A stretch of DNA of 64,000 nt from Oikopleura dioica (lineage: Eukaryota > Animalia > Chordata): positions 2,976,001 through 3,040,000 of the forward strand of contig OU015569.1 in assembly GCA_907165135.1 (NCBI GenBank). The letters are read 5' to 3'. The translations under genes and the position numbers were made by a program. Position 1 is the stretch's first letter; each line of letters begins with the position of its first letter. Under the pieces are notes generated by a model. That model searched no databases, had not been told where the DNA came from, and saw only the letters and a program-made list of their open reading frames with translations. Below, in pieces: positions 1 to 9,970 of this stretch.

Positions 1-384
1 AAAAGAGTACGATAAACTTGGACGAGAGTTAGGTCGACGGCACACAGTTCATCACATGTCAAAATTTTCAACCATGACTGAACAGGAATACGTTCACAGA
101 ATGAATTCGTAAGTCTACTTCCGATTTTGTAAAGGTCTTCTTAAATCGGGATTAAGCTTTGTGATGGACTGGACCTCGCTATTACTCGCTCCGCTTTTTA
201 TACAAGTGATAATGATTTTGATGGGTATTTTCCAGTTTGTGGATGAAGCGGATAAAGAGCGTATTTTCAAATCACTACGGTTAGTTGACATATAGAACAA
301 CTGTGATTCTTTTTCCACAGATCCTTCAGAAGACGAAGGTCGACAACGTGGTCCGAAATCTTCCGCGATCCAGACAACTTCTAA
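1..384 (+). CDS. 3' end of an unidentified spliced gene entering from the left edge
   Basis: Open frame KEYDKLGRELGRRHTVHHMSKFSTMTEQEYVHRMNS, a GTAAGT donor near 109 and a TTTTCCACAG acceptor ending at 320. The last exon reads SFRRRRSTTWSEIFRDPDNF*. No family recognised. Confidence 0.35.
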
Positions 385-1129
385 GGATGACTAGGTCCTC
401 CTGACTCAACTTGCTTTTCTGTACATTTTCGTTAGAAAAAATTACGCCCCGGGATAGCGTGACGTAGAGAGGTCTAAATCGTACGTCACAACTCATGTTG
501 CAATTTTCGGCATTCCAGTTTAGAGTGGGCACGCATTCTTCCTTCTATTTTACCTTTTTCATAACTTACTCAAGTAATTCTAACGGGGAGAGGGCACAAA
601 CAATTCTTGCTTCTTTGATGATTGTACGAAATAATAACTACCCCATTTCACGTTTTCCTGGTGCTATGACGGATGAATGGGCTAAGTTTAATTACGGCCA
701 TTTGAAATTCGACTTCGTGAAATGACCGGTAAAAGTGAAATTTAACCGCGAAAGCTTTTCTTGAGTGGGCGCACTTTATTTAATTGCACCGTTCGATTGA
801 ACAGAGACCAAGGAGACGCTATTATCTCGTCTCTCACTCTTTTTTAATTCGAGCTCAACACGTGAGATTGATTATGAACTTCTCATAAAAATCTACTTTT
901 CTTGTTTTTTGGGATTTGCTAAAACCAATAACAGAATGTTCTATTTTCGCTTTAACAAATTTAAACAGTATCTCGTAGACTTAATCCATCAAATTTGATT
1001 AAATGAAACAGTAAAAGCTTGTTTTTATTGACTTCAATAAGGAAGACGCTATAATTTTCGAGTAAAATGCCCCTTTTCTTTAATAAAAAGATTTATACAA
1101 GAGGGATTAACTCGCGTTTCTACCCTATG

Positions 1130-1223
1130 TGACGTCAGAGAAAGAGGGATGATTCAACTTTGACGCAGATGGTGGTGGCGGTGCACGTTTGGCTTGCCGC
1201 CAGCCTAGTCTCGCGCTATAAAA
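1130..1223 (+). promoter_or_regulatory. Putative core promoter of the trefoil/TSP1 gene (CRE palindrome plus TATA box)
   Basis: Perfect TGACGTCA at 1130-1137 and TATAAAA at 1217-1223, about 75 nt upstream of ATG 1297. Function is inferred from the motifs only. Confidence 0.45.
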
Positions 1224-1296
1224 TGCTCGAAGCACCCGGCTTCTTCCATCAGTCGAGGAGGAGAATTAAAAATTCAACTCGCTGAAAATAAAAAAA

Positions 1297-4200
1297 ATGC
1301 GAATTTTATTGTCGATTTTACTCGGCGGCACTTTAGGTGCGCCGAAAAACAATGAAGCGAGTACTTGCGGTGATCCAGAGCACGAACTTTCCCACTTCTG
1401 CAAAGGAAATGATGACCCTCTTGCCTGCGACGAAAGTCTTTTGTGTGAGTTCTGCCCAGATACTGACTCTTGCTACGTGAGCGATGCAAAGATCGATGCT
1501 TGCAATGAGAAATTCAAAGACGAAGATCAGCCTGTCATGTCTTGCATTTTTTCAAACGCACAGTCACACCTTGCACCCAAAGAATCGCTCAATGAAGAAG
1601 AAGTGGAAGTAGTCAAATCCGTCGTCCAGAAAATCGATGTCGGCGATGCCGATTCTTCAGCGAGTGGGGCAGCGCGTTCTGGATTTCTCAGCCTTTTCAA
1701 TACCGGCGGCTCCTTCGGTCAAGTTTCCGCGCCAATGATGCCTTACGACATGATGTCCGTAAATAACCGACTCTCCGCTCAATTCATCACGTGTCCAGTG
1801 AACGTTCCCTTTTGCCAGCGTCAAGAATGCACATCTTCTATCGGTAACCCGCAGAATAATGCCATGGACTGCTATCGAATCGCTGGATGCTGCTTCGACA
1901 ACGATCTTTTCGTTTACAAGACAGCGTTCGGGCAAGGACTCGCTCTCAACGCTCCTGTTTGCTACCGCGCCATTCGAACACCCCTTTTCCACGTCCTTAC
2001 CGAGCAAATCACTACGACAAACAATTTCCTGCCGAATTTTCTCGTTCCGATTGTCGACAAAGTTGAGGCCTTTATCAACAACGATAAATCCTTCAGCATG
2101 ATGCTCGAATATCATCAATGCCTGTCGACAGAGGGAATGGCGCCAAGCCGTTTGCGACTCGAGTCTTACCTGTCTCAAGTCTGGCCGGGCTATCTCTTCC
2201 TCAAGATGGGACAAAAAGACAACAACTTTCTTGATGATCTCGTAATCACGCTTTCTCAAACTTGTGGATGGCGCGATATCACCAAGTCAGAATGCATGCT
2301 CATCGGATGTTGTTACAATCCAGCTTCGTCAACGTGCACACATCCGACTGATTTGACAAAGATCGACCCACAAAAACTCGTTGCCACTGCAACTTGGATG
2401 CTCACTTACGATCGAACAACTGGAGAAGACGCAACAACGACCCAGGCGCCAACTACAACTGCTGCACCAGTGGGCGGAGGACTGCCACCTATTTTCAACA
2501 ACGATGACGGACGATCTGGAGCAGCACCACCAGGTTGGAACCCAAGTCTCTTTGCTGGTCTAAGCGGACGACGACGAAGAGCCGCTGAGAAACGAAATAG
2601 CAGAAAACGACGTCAGCTCGGTGCTTTCAATCAACAGTTCGGTTCTCAGTTTGGCGGAGGACAGTTTGGTGGCCAACAATTCGGAGGCGGACAACAAATG
2701 AATGTACAGCAGATGGCTATGCAAATGCTCGCTCAAAGACAGCAGAACAAAAAGCAACAAGGAGGCGAGAAAGAAGGAAGGTTTGGACTCATGCAGCCAA
2801 ATTTGTTGTCCACGATGATGATGAACAATCAACAAACAGGAGGGTCTTCATTGTTCGGTGCCCAAGGAGGCGGTTTATCAAGCCTTCTCGGTGGTTTGAC
2901 TTCTCAGATGGGATCTATGCTTGGCAACCTTGGAGGCATGAATAATCAACTTTCAGCGATGATGGGTGTGAACTCGAATCCATTCCTTCAAACAGGAGGC
3001 CAGGAAACGTGTCCAGTCTTGCCCGGAAACGTCAAATTAAGCTGTCTTCAGCCGCCTTCCGAAGATCAAGCAATCGACGCTATTTTCCTGATAAACGAGC
3101 CAAAAAGATGCGAAGTCAAAGGATGCTGCTGGGATCAATCACTCATGAAACAACTTCTTCTTACAAGAAACTCCGATTCTCTTGACTCTTTCAACCAGCT
3201 TGCCTGTCCTTGGATCGTTCCCAAATTTGGCTCGAGCTACGGCTTCCCTGACTTGACGAAATCAATCAAAGGATGTTGCGACATTTCTCCTTGTGTTCAT
3301 AAAGAACTTCCTGCAGATTGGACACTTTGGGGCGAGTGGACACCTTGCACCAAGCTTTGCGGTGGCGGTGAGAGTTCTCGATCTCGAACATGCGTCGGAA
3401 ATGGATTCTGTCCGGGAATGGTCGACGATCGTCAACGAGAACAGATCGTTAGCAAGAAGTGTAACATGAACAGCTGCGAATCCTGGGCTAGCTGGTCTGC
3501 TTGGTCTACCTGTAGTCAAACTTGTGGACAAGGAAGTCAAGAAACTCGCAGATCCTGCATCGACGTTCGCGGCATGGAGATCCAGCCTCCTGGTGAGAGT
3601 CGAGGATGCAAAGGAAACGGATACATGACAAAAGCATGCTTCTCTTCTCCCTGTCCCCAATGGCAGAATTGGATGCCATGGAGCACTTGTTCAGTAACTT
3701 GTGGCGTGGGAGAGTCTCAAAGAATACGTATGTGCAACTTGCCAGGTCGATGTGCTGGTCCAAAAACGGAGAGAAAAACATGCGGTTCTGCTTGCTACAG
3801 TAACTGGAGTATGTGGACGGCGTGTTCCAAATCATGCTACGGAGGGACGAAACTTAGATCAAGAGAATGTATGTACACAGCCGAGACTGGAAAACAATGC
3901 TCCGGCGAATCACAACAGCAGGAAAGCTGCAATACTGGTTTCTGCGAACAATGGGTCCAATGGTCGCAGTGGTCGACATGTCAACACCCAAGTGGAGCAG
4001 ATGAATGTGGACAAGGATCGAAACTTCGATCACGAGAATGCACTGGTGCGCTTGGAGCTCCTGGATGCCAAGGTAATCCTTACGAAGAAGCTCCATGCGA
4101 AACGCGACCTTGCCAGTGGTCCGATTGGCAACAGTCCAGTGCCTGCTCTGCTACTTGTGGCGAGGGACAGGCAAGTTTCATCCGCTCGTGTGAGAAAGAA

Positions 4201-4620
4201 GGGCAGTGTGAAGGCCTTGCAACAGCGACGCGAACTTGCATCGAAGCGCAGTGCCCTGGATGGCAGCCCTGGTCTGAGTGGGGCGAGTGCTCTGTCACCT
4301 GTGGAAGTGGTCGCAAAACAAAAACTAGAACCTGCAACGGACGGCTTCACTATGACTGCCGGGGTTCTTTGGAGCAAGTGATGCAGTGCAACGAAGGCCC
4401 TTGCAATAATGGAATGTTTCCAAATGCTAACTCTGGATGGAACCAAAATTACAACATGTTTGGACAATCCAATACCGGCTATAACAACGGCTACAATGGC
4501 TACAACAATCAAAATAACGGCTGGAGCAACGCGAATTTCTTCGGTGGGAACACTGGAGGTGATGTGATGGATTCTGGGGATAATACTAACCCATGGAATC
4601 AGTTCTTCGGCCTTGGCTAA
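1297..4620 (+). CDS. Intronless secreted protein: trefoil (P-type)-like domains, Q/G/M-rich linker, seven thrombospondin type-1 repeats and an N/G/Y-rich tail
   Basis: 1107-aa ORF with signal peptide MRILLSILLGGTLG. Trefoil-like motifs include CGWRDITKSECMLIGCCYNPASSTC, DCYRIAGCCFD and RCEVKGCCWD. Seven WxxWxxCSxTCG...R(S/T)RxC repeats. Polybasic RRRR and RKRR sites at about 2569-2613. AATAAA near 4660. Confidence 0.92.
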   Translation: MRILLSILLGGTLGAPKNNEASTCGDPEHELSHFCKGNDDPLACDESLLCEFCPDTDSCYVSDAKIDACNEKFKDEDQPVMSCIFSNAQSHLAPKESLNEEEVEVVKSVVQKIDVGDADSSASGAARSGFLSLFNTGGSFGQVSAPMMPYDMMSVNNRLSAQFITCPVNVPFCQRQECTSSIGNPQNNAMDCYRIAGCCFDNDLFVYKTAFGQGLALNAPVCYRAIRTPLFHVLTEQITTTNNFLPNFLVPIVDKVEAFINNDKSFSMMLEYHQCLSTEGMAPSRLRLESYLSQVWPGYLFLKMGQKDNNFLDDLVITLSQTCGWRDITKSECMLIGCCYNPASSTCTHPTDLTKIDPQKLVATATWMLTYDRTTGEDATTTQAPTTTAAPVGGGLPPIFNNDDGRSGAAPPGWNPSLFAGLSGRRRRAAEKRNSRKRRQLGAFNQQFGSQFGGGQFGGQQFGGGQQMNVQQMAMQMLAQRQQNKKQQGGEKEGRFGLMQPNLLSTMMMNNQQTGGSSLFGAQGGGLSSLLGGLTSQMGSMLGNLGGMNNQLSAMMGVNSNPFLQTGGQETCPVLPGNVKLSCLQPPSEDQAIDAIFLINEPKRCEVKGCCWDQSLMKQLLLTRNSDSLDSFNQLACPWIVPKFGSSYGFPDLTKSIKGCCDISPCVHKELPADWTLWGEWTPCTKLCGGGESSRSRTCVGNGFCPGMVDDRQREQIVSKKCNMNSCESWASWSAWSTCSQTCGQGSQETRRSCIDVRGMEIQPPGESRGCKGNGYMTKACFSSPCPQWQNWMPWSTCSVTCGVGESQRIRMCNLPGRCAGPKTERKTCGSACYSNWSMWTACSKSCYGGTKLRSRECMYTAETGKQCSGESQQQESCNTGFCEQWVQWSQWSTCQHPSGADECGQGSKLRSRECTGALGAPGCQGNPYEEAPCETRPCQWSDWQQSSACSATCGEGQASFIRSCEKEGQCEGLATATRTCIEAQCPGWQPWSEWGECSVTCGSGRKTKTRTCNGRLHYDCRGSLEQVMQCNEGPCNNGMFPNANSGWNQNYNMFGQSNTGYNNGYNGYNNQNNGWSNANFFGGNTGGDVMDSGDNTNPWNQFFGLG

Positions 4621-4882
4621 CTATTTCTGTTTCATCAATAAGCCAAAACTACAACTGTGAATAAACCTCATTATATTTACCTGCTTTATCTATTCATTGA
4701 GTGTGATCTTTCAAAAAGTTAAGCATATTCTGAGCTTGTGAACCTCGAGTGCTTTGTATGTGTGTTGGCAGAGCATCTTTTTCTAAAGCAGTGACTGGTG
4801 AATATTAATAGCTGCGCAAATTTGAGCAATTTTGATGTAGCGCGGCAATTTTTTAACTGGGCACATCATTTTCGCGCAATAA

Positions 4883-7208
4883 TGGACGATATTCTTGAGA
4901 ATCTAAGCGCCGAGGAACTTGCCGCGCTTGAGAAAAGCCTCGAACAAGAAGGAACAGATTTCAGCGAGAAGCAAGAATGGATGGAAAAACAGGCCCGTAT
5001 TCAACCGGTGATTCAAGAGAAAGAAAAAACATCAAAGACGATTGAAAGATTTTGCCCGATCACGAGACATTCCGATAATAATGGTAAAAACGAGTTTTTA
5101 TGAAGAAATTAGTTTATCAAGACTTTTGAGATTCGGGGAAAGAAGAGAAACCTAAATCAAGAATGGAAAAAATTTTATCGAACTTGTCGATTGCGGAACT
5201 AAATGAACTCGATGAGATGACATACAAGAAAGAAGACAACATGTTCAAGTCAATGAATAAGGGCTCTTACAAGCGAAGGCAAAGAAAACCTGAGGCTGAA
5301 AAAGATCAGCAGAGGAACGCGAACATATGCGATCTGAGAAGTGAAGGACCAATTCAGAATCAGAATGATCTAGGAAAGTTTTGGTCAAATTTTCTTAGAT
5401 TTTTATTTGACATTATTTATTTCCAAAATTTGAGAGAATTCTTAAAAAGATTCCAGCTGAGGCTAGTTCTTTGAATATGAACAACTTAGGTACCAAATGA
5501 TTAGTTAAAAAAAAACTAACGTACCCCACCCCCTTGCTCGCCCACATTTTGTGAACATTTTTCCCTTGCTCGCTGAGTTAAACTCCAACAAGCCCCCCCT
5601 TGGTCGCTCGCTTTTTGTAACCAAGATCCGTTGGTCGCTTTCCTTCTTTTGCATTCTACGCCCCCTTGTTCGCCCTCCTTGGTTTCGACGGCGCACCTTT
5701 GCTCGCCCGCCTTTCTCCGTCATTTATCCCTTGTTCGCTCTTGGAGCCCCGCGAGAACGCTATATAATGCATAGCTTATCTTCGTTTTTACTTTTTTAAT
5801 TGGATTTTCATGATTTTTTCCAAGCAAACTTATCTTTTCACCTCCATTTTTGTCAAATTTTCATATCTTCTTCATAAGAAGAAAATTTCGGGCTCAATTT
5901 TGAGTAAACATAAGTACTCGGAATACTTCGATTGAGACTTTGAGACTGTCTTTATTAAAAATCTCATGCCTTCTTTCTCAAAATTCATTTATTGAGATTT
6001 CTCGAAAGAATTAGCGGATAAATCTAGGTTACAGTGGGTTGAGCGGATAGTGTACCCCTATTTTTCACCTTAAATTTCAAGGCTTGAAAAATGCATAGCT
6101 TTCGAGTTAGTTGAGATCAGAATTCCAAATTCATCCTTTCACCTTCACCCAAGGGTGAGGTGAAAAAATTTCAACCAAACCTCACCTTTGGGTGTACTAA
6201 GGTGAAAGCCGATTTTCAATAAAATGAGGTGAGGTTTTTGAAAATTTCAGGTGAGTTGAGGTGAGGTGAAAAAATTTTAGGTGAATGATAGGTGAAGCCT
6301 ATTTTTCACTTTCACCCACCTTCACCTAGGTGAAACTTGGGTGAGGTGAATTTGGAACTCTGGTTGAGATTATTTGTTTTTGACGCAAGAAATGAAATTC
6401 TCACGTCCTTTTGTGTAAGGGAAAAATACTGTTCAAAGAAATTACAGAAATCTACTGTGTAATTTTTGAAAATCGCAGGAGTACACTACCCGCTCAATCC
6501 ACAGTACCTAGAATGCTAGTTTGAAATAAGCCCTATTTGCATTGATTAAAAATATTCATTGAAATCGAAAATATAGTTCCCTATAAAAAGCTTGAGTGGA
6601 AAGTAAAAGCGACCTAAGCCGAGCTAGGCTTTGGGGGTCTTGCGGCGAACAAGGGATAAATGGGTGAGGAGGAGCGAACAAGGGCGCGCGAGGTAAAAAG
6701 AAGGATGGCGACTAATGGATCGCGCTGAGAAAAGAATGAGAGCGAGCAAGGGGACTTTAATGAAATTTAACTCAGCGAGCAAGGGAAAAATGTTCACAAA
6801 ATGTGGGCGAGCTAGGGGGTGGGGTACGTTACTTTTTAAAGAAATCGCCGACTCAATGGTCGAGTCTTTGGCCGTGAAAATTCGTCATCTAAAAGACTTG
6901 GAGAAGATTTCTCTTGCATTCAATAAATTGACAGCATCTGGAATTTGCCAAATCATTGATGCTTGCAGCCAGACGTCTGTCAGATTTCTGCAGCTAAATA
7001 ACCAAACAAAACATCTTGGTTATGCCGGAGAGGCAAAAGTAAAAGACAAGATTCTGTCGAAAAACGGTTAGTCAACTTCGGCATTTGAAAAATTAATCAA
7101 CAGTTTTAAGATTTACAACTAAAGAAGCTCAGCATTTCTTGGATGTTTTCTCAGCACCAGGTTGCCGTGGAAAATCATCTTCTAAAATCTCAATGTTTAA
7201 ATAAATAA
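4883..7208 (+). CDS. TMOD: Tropomodulin-like actin pointed-end capping protein (spliced)
   Basis: N-terminal ILENLSAEELAALE and ILSNLSIAELNELD resemble the Tmod LxxLSEEELxxL helix. The LRR part reads RILKKIPAEASSLNMNNL / EIADSMVESLAVKI..LEKISLAFNKLTASGICQIIDA..LQLNNQTKHLGYAGEAKV, matching the Tmod LRR cap. Large intron 5490-6841. Confidence 0.72.
6024..6511. mobile_element. Middle MITE nested in the outer element
   Basis: An inverted repeat of about 32 bp: CTAGGTTACAGTGGGTTGAGCGGATAGTGTAC from 6024 versus GTACACTACCCGCTCAATCCACAGTACCTAG ending at 6511. Confidence 0.75.
6118..6362. mobile_element. Inner hAT-like MITE with an 8-bp target-site duplication
   Basis: TIR CAGA(A/G)TTCCAAATTCA at both ends, flanked by a perfect direct repeat GTTGAGAT at 6110-6117 and 6363-6370. 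The interior is rich in TCACC/GGTGA subrepeats. An 8-bp TSD with CAG termini is typical of the hAT superfamily. Confidence 0.85.
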
Positions 7209-7409
7209 ATAAATCCGTCGCATTCTCAATTTTATTATCATATTTTTACAGACTTGAACATTGTTGCTTTGGCATTCATTTAGGACTTTGTATATGGCAG
7301 ATAGGTAGGTGCAATCACTATGCTATTGTTTGTCGAAACAGGTCGACTTCTGTAAGGGGATTTCGGAAGAGGCTTGTCCGCAAAGACCGCGCCTCTTCTA
7401 TTCAGTTGT

Positions 7410-9470
7410 TTACTCGACGAGGGAGAGGATGTTGGCTCGGCGACTGAGCTTGCCGCTGTGAGCTGATCGAAAAATCAGTAAAATTCGTGGAAAGATCGGC
7501 GCAAGAACCTGTTTTAGGTGACGCTTCCTTATAGCGGTTTGCTGCAAAACTTTTCGCAAAGTAAACATTTTGATCGCTTGATAGCCGTAAATAAGCGGAT
7601 TGACGCAAGCATGCAAGTGCCCAAAAGCATGCAAAAACATGGGTAACCACTTGGGAAGCGTAATAGCAAATGCGGGCTTTATCAGATAAAGCACTCCATA
7701 GCTGTAGTAGGGCATCCAGCAGACGACAAATGAGGCCACCATGACGATGCCACTCATCATTGCTCTTTTGTTTTTATTGAAATTTGTTAACGAAATAGAG
7801 CTATATAATAAACGGTTGCTTCCTCCTTGATTTCAATCAATTCCTGTAAGAACTGGAAGAGAGACGACCCCTGACGCTTGAAGAGTTGAAATCATCTTTT
7901 CTTTTGAATTTGCGCATCGTTATACTATAAAAATAGAAGATTCCTTTGGCAACCCTTAGCGTTACCTATTTCTGATAATTATAGCCAGGTAAACACATGA
8001 CACTAGAATCAGCGGGAAGATAAAGTTGAAAGAAACTATGAGTCCATGATACCAGGCGTAGTAGATCTTGCCCCTCAGAATAATCGTATTCATGCATTGC
8101 TTTGGCTTCTAATTGATACTCAAAGAGTTTCTATTTAGTTCTCTCATTCGATATTTTTCTTATCAATTCCTTTGATTCAGAAGCTTCTCCTGAGAAGTTC
8201 TCAAAGTGGCTTTCAAAAAGCTCTGTTTTGTTGAAAAGCTCGTTTTTCGCCAGGTAATCGGGAAAATCCTCCGTCTAAGTAATAGAATTTACGTAAGAAA
8301 CGTCAAGTCTAGTTACGAGTTCGGGAAGAGAGATGTTTGTATCGGCAGGGATTGTAAGAGGATACTCTACTTCATCCCAGACGTACAGTTCGGGCGCGGC
8401 TGTCAGAATCGCGATGATAACGGCCATCATTCCAGTCCTCTCCGTATCGTAGCTAAAATAAATACACGATAAGCGATCCAGGGTCTAATCTAGCGGTGAG
8501 CATGATTTTACAGAATCTGCTCGCTTCAAAGCAACGTGCTGAACATCATGTTAAAGTCGATAAATTGGGCTCACCAAATCGCTGTTCGCGTGAATTTCTG
8601 CGTCGGTCGGAAGCGCGCGTACAGCCTATCCAGTGCTAAATTCAATGTAACAATTTTCAACGAACTGGCCCAGTTCAACTGGGAAAAAGTTTAGCGCTTC
8701 GAGATAAGATCCGCTGAGCGGCTCAGGGAGCGTCCACGAGGATCACTCACCAATCATAATTATGATAAGACCGTCGGCGGTCATGAACGTCGTCTTAACA
8801 AACGCCTGGATTTTGCAAGGAATTCGCCCAAACGGCCAGCTACTCTGATAATTCCAGACGGCGATGATGGGCATCACGAATGCGCTGTAGATCAGGTTGA
8901 GAATAACCATCAATCTCCTAGATGTCACCACGATACTCTACCTCAATCAAATAAATCATTGCATCGAAAGTCAAAGAAAATCGACATTTTATTTTTAGCG
9001 AAGTGATTTTCTGCTGAGTCAAGTTTTCGGCCATCTTGACTCTTTTGTTTATATTTTAACAAGAAATTACCAAAGCAAGTACTCATCTAATTAGCTAAAG
9101 AATAAAACATGTCAACCCAAAAATGAACTCGCGGTTCAATTGAATTTGCTACTGAATCAATCTTTTAAAAAATCTCGGTATTCATTCTCAGTGACTTTCC
9201 TGACCAAGGTGAATATCTTCGGTTTCGGATTTTTGAGCTTTTGCAGCTTGATCCAGACCAAGCTGAAAAATTGCGATTTCAGGCTCGAGATTTGGTGAAA
9301 ACGAAATTTTCGGTTGTGTGCGAAATCAAACCTGTTTGTGATAACGGCGATTACGGCAAACACGCATACCCAGATTGTGTTTCCGATGAAAATTTCATTC
9401 GATCTTAGCTGTTCTTCTAGCGTTTCCGCGAGTTAACAATTATTATTTCTCGCTTTTTCCTGGCTGTAGA
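7410..9470 (-). CDS. Class A GPCR, GnRH/AKH/corazonin-receptor-like (multi-exon; N-terminus approximate)
   Basis: TM1 IWVCVFAVIAVITNSLVWIKLQK; TM2-3 FVMPIIAVWNYQSSWPFGRIPCK; ALDRLY; TM4 ILTAAPELYVW; QCMN..YYAWYHGLIVSFNFIFPLILVSCVYLAII; TM6 FVVCWMPYYSYG; TM7 ACVNPLIYGY. The VMP..WN...W..G..CK, CWxPYY and LIYGY pattern resembles GnRH receptors. Confidence 0.8.
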
Positions 9471-9970
9471 AAATTTTTGCTAATTGAGAACTCTGCCGTA
9501 TGATAAATAGCTTCTCTTGCTATTTTCTCTGACTTGTTCATTTCTTCTGAAACTTCTTTCTCTGTAAATTCTCTCTTTGAATTTTGTTTTTCTTTGAGAC
9601 TACGCGTTAGTAATTTGTATCTACAGAGAGATATAGGAAGAATAATGATGTATGAATTATAAACAAGTATCGAGCCAATCTGTCGATTTAATGACAGGAT
9701 TCAAAAAATCCACTTACCAGAGCTACATTTCAAAAGTTCTTGAATCTTGATCTCTGATATAGTGCGTTTTCTCGCCCCAGAAGATCTTGAATCGTCCGTC
9801 AAGCTCAATTAGAAGAGTGACAGCTTCTCTTTTCAGAGTCCAAATGGCAAGGTGTCTTTAAGAGAATCGAATTTATTCACAAGTGAGGTGCAGTTGAATG
9901 AGGATCAGAATAGGCTACACTTTTCAAGGCTTAGCTTAGGGTTGAAAACTGCACAGTTAAAATAAAGCTC

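Larger units (their letters stand above)
5517..6831. mobile_element. Outer non-autonomous DNA element with long imperfect terminal inverted repeats, inside the Tmod intron
   Basis: TAACGTACCCCACCCCCT(T/A)GCTCGCCCACATTTTGTGAACATTTTTCCCTTGCTCGCTGAGTTAAA starts at 5517 and its reverse complement ends at 6831. Similarity extends inward (CATTTATCCCTTGTTCGC near 5721 versus its reverse complement near 6645). Confidence 0.85.

Noticed and set aside
1657-4512. Several long antisense or alternate-frame ORFs (e.g. 1657-2259, 3701-4381, 4030-4512)
   Set aside because: They are shadows of the 1107-aa CDS and have no domain signatures.
5505-6835. Near-identical peptide (FNSASKGKMFTKCGRARGWGTL) in ORFs 5505-5723(-) and 6715-7071(+)
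   Set aside because: It comes from translating the two arms of the MITE inverted repeat. It is not a duplicated gene, and only 6842 onward is Tmod exon.
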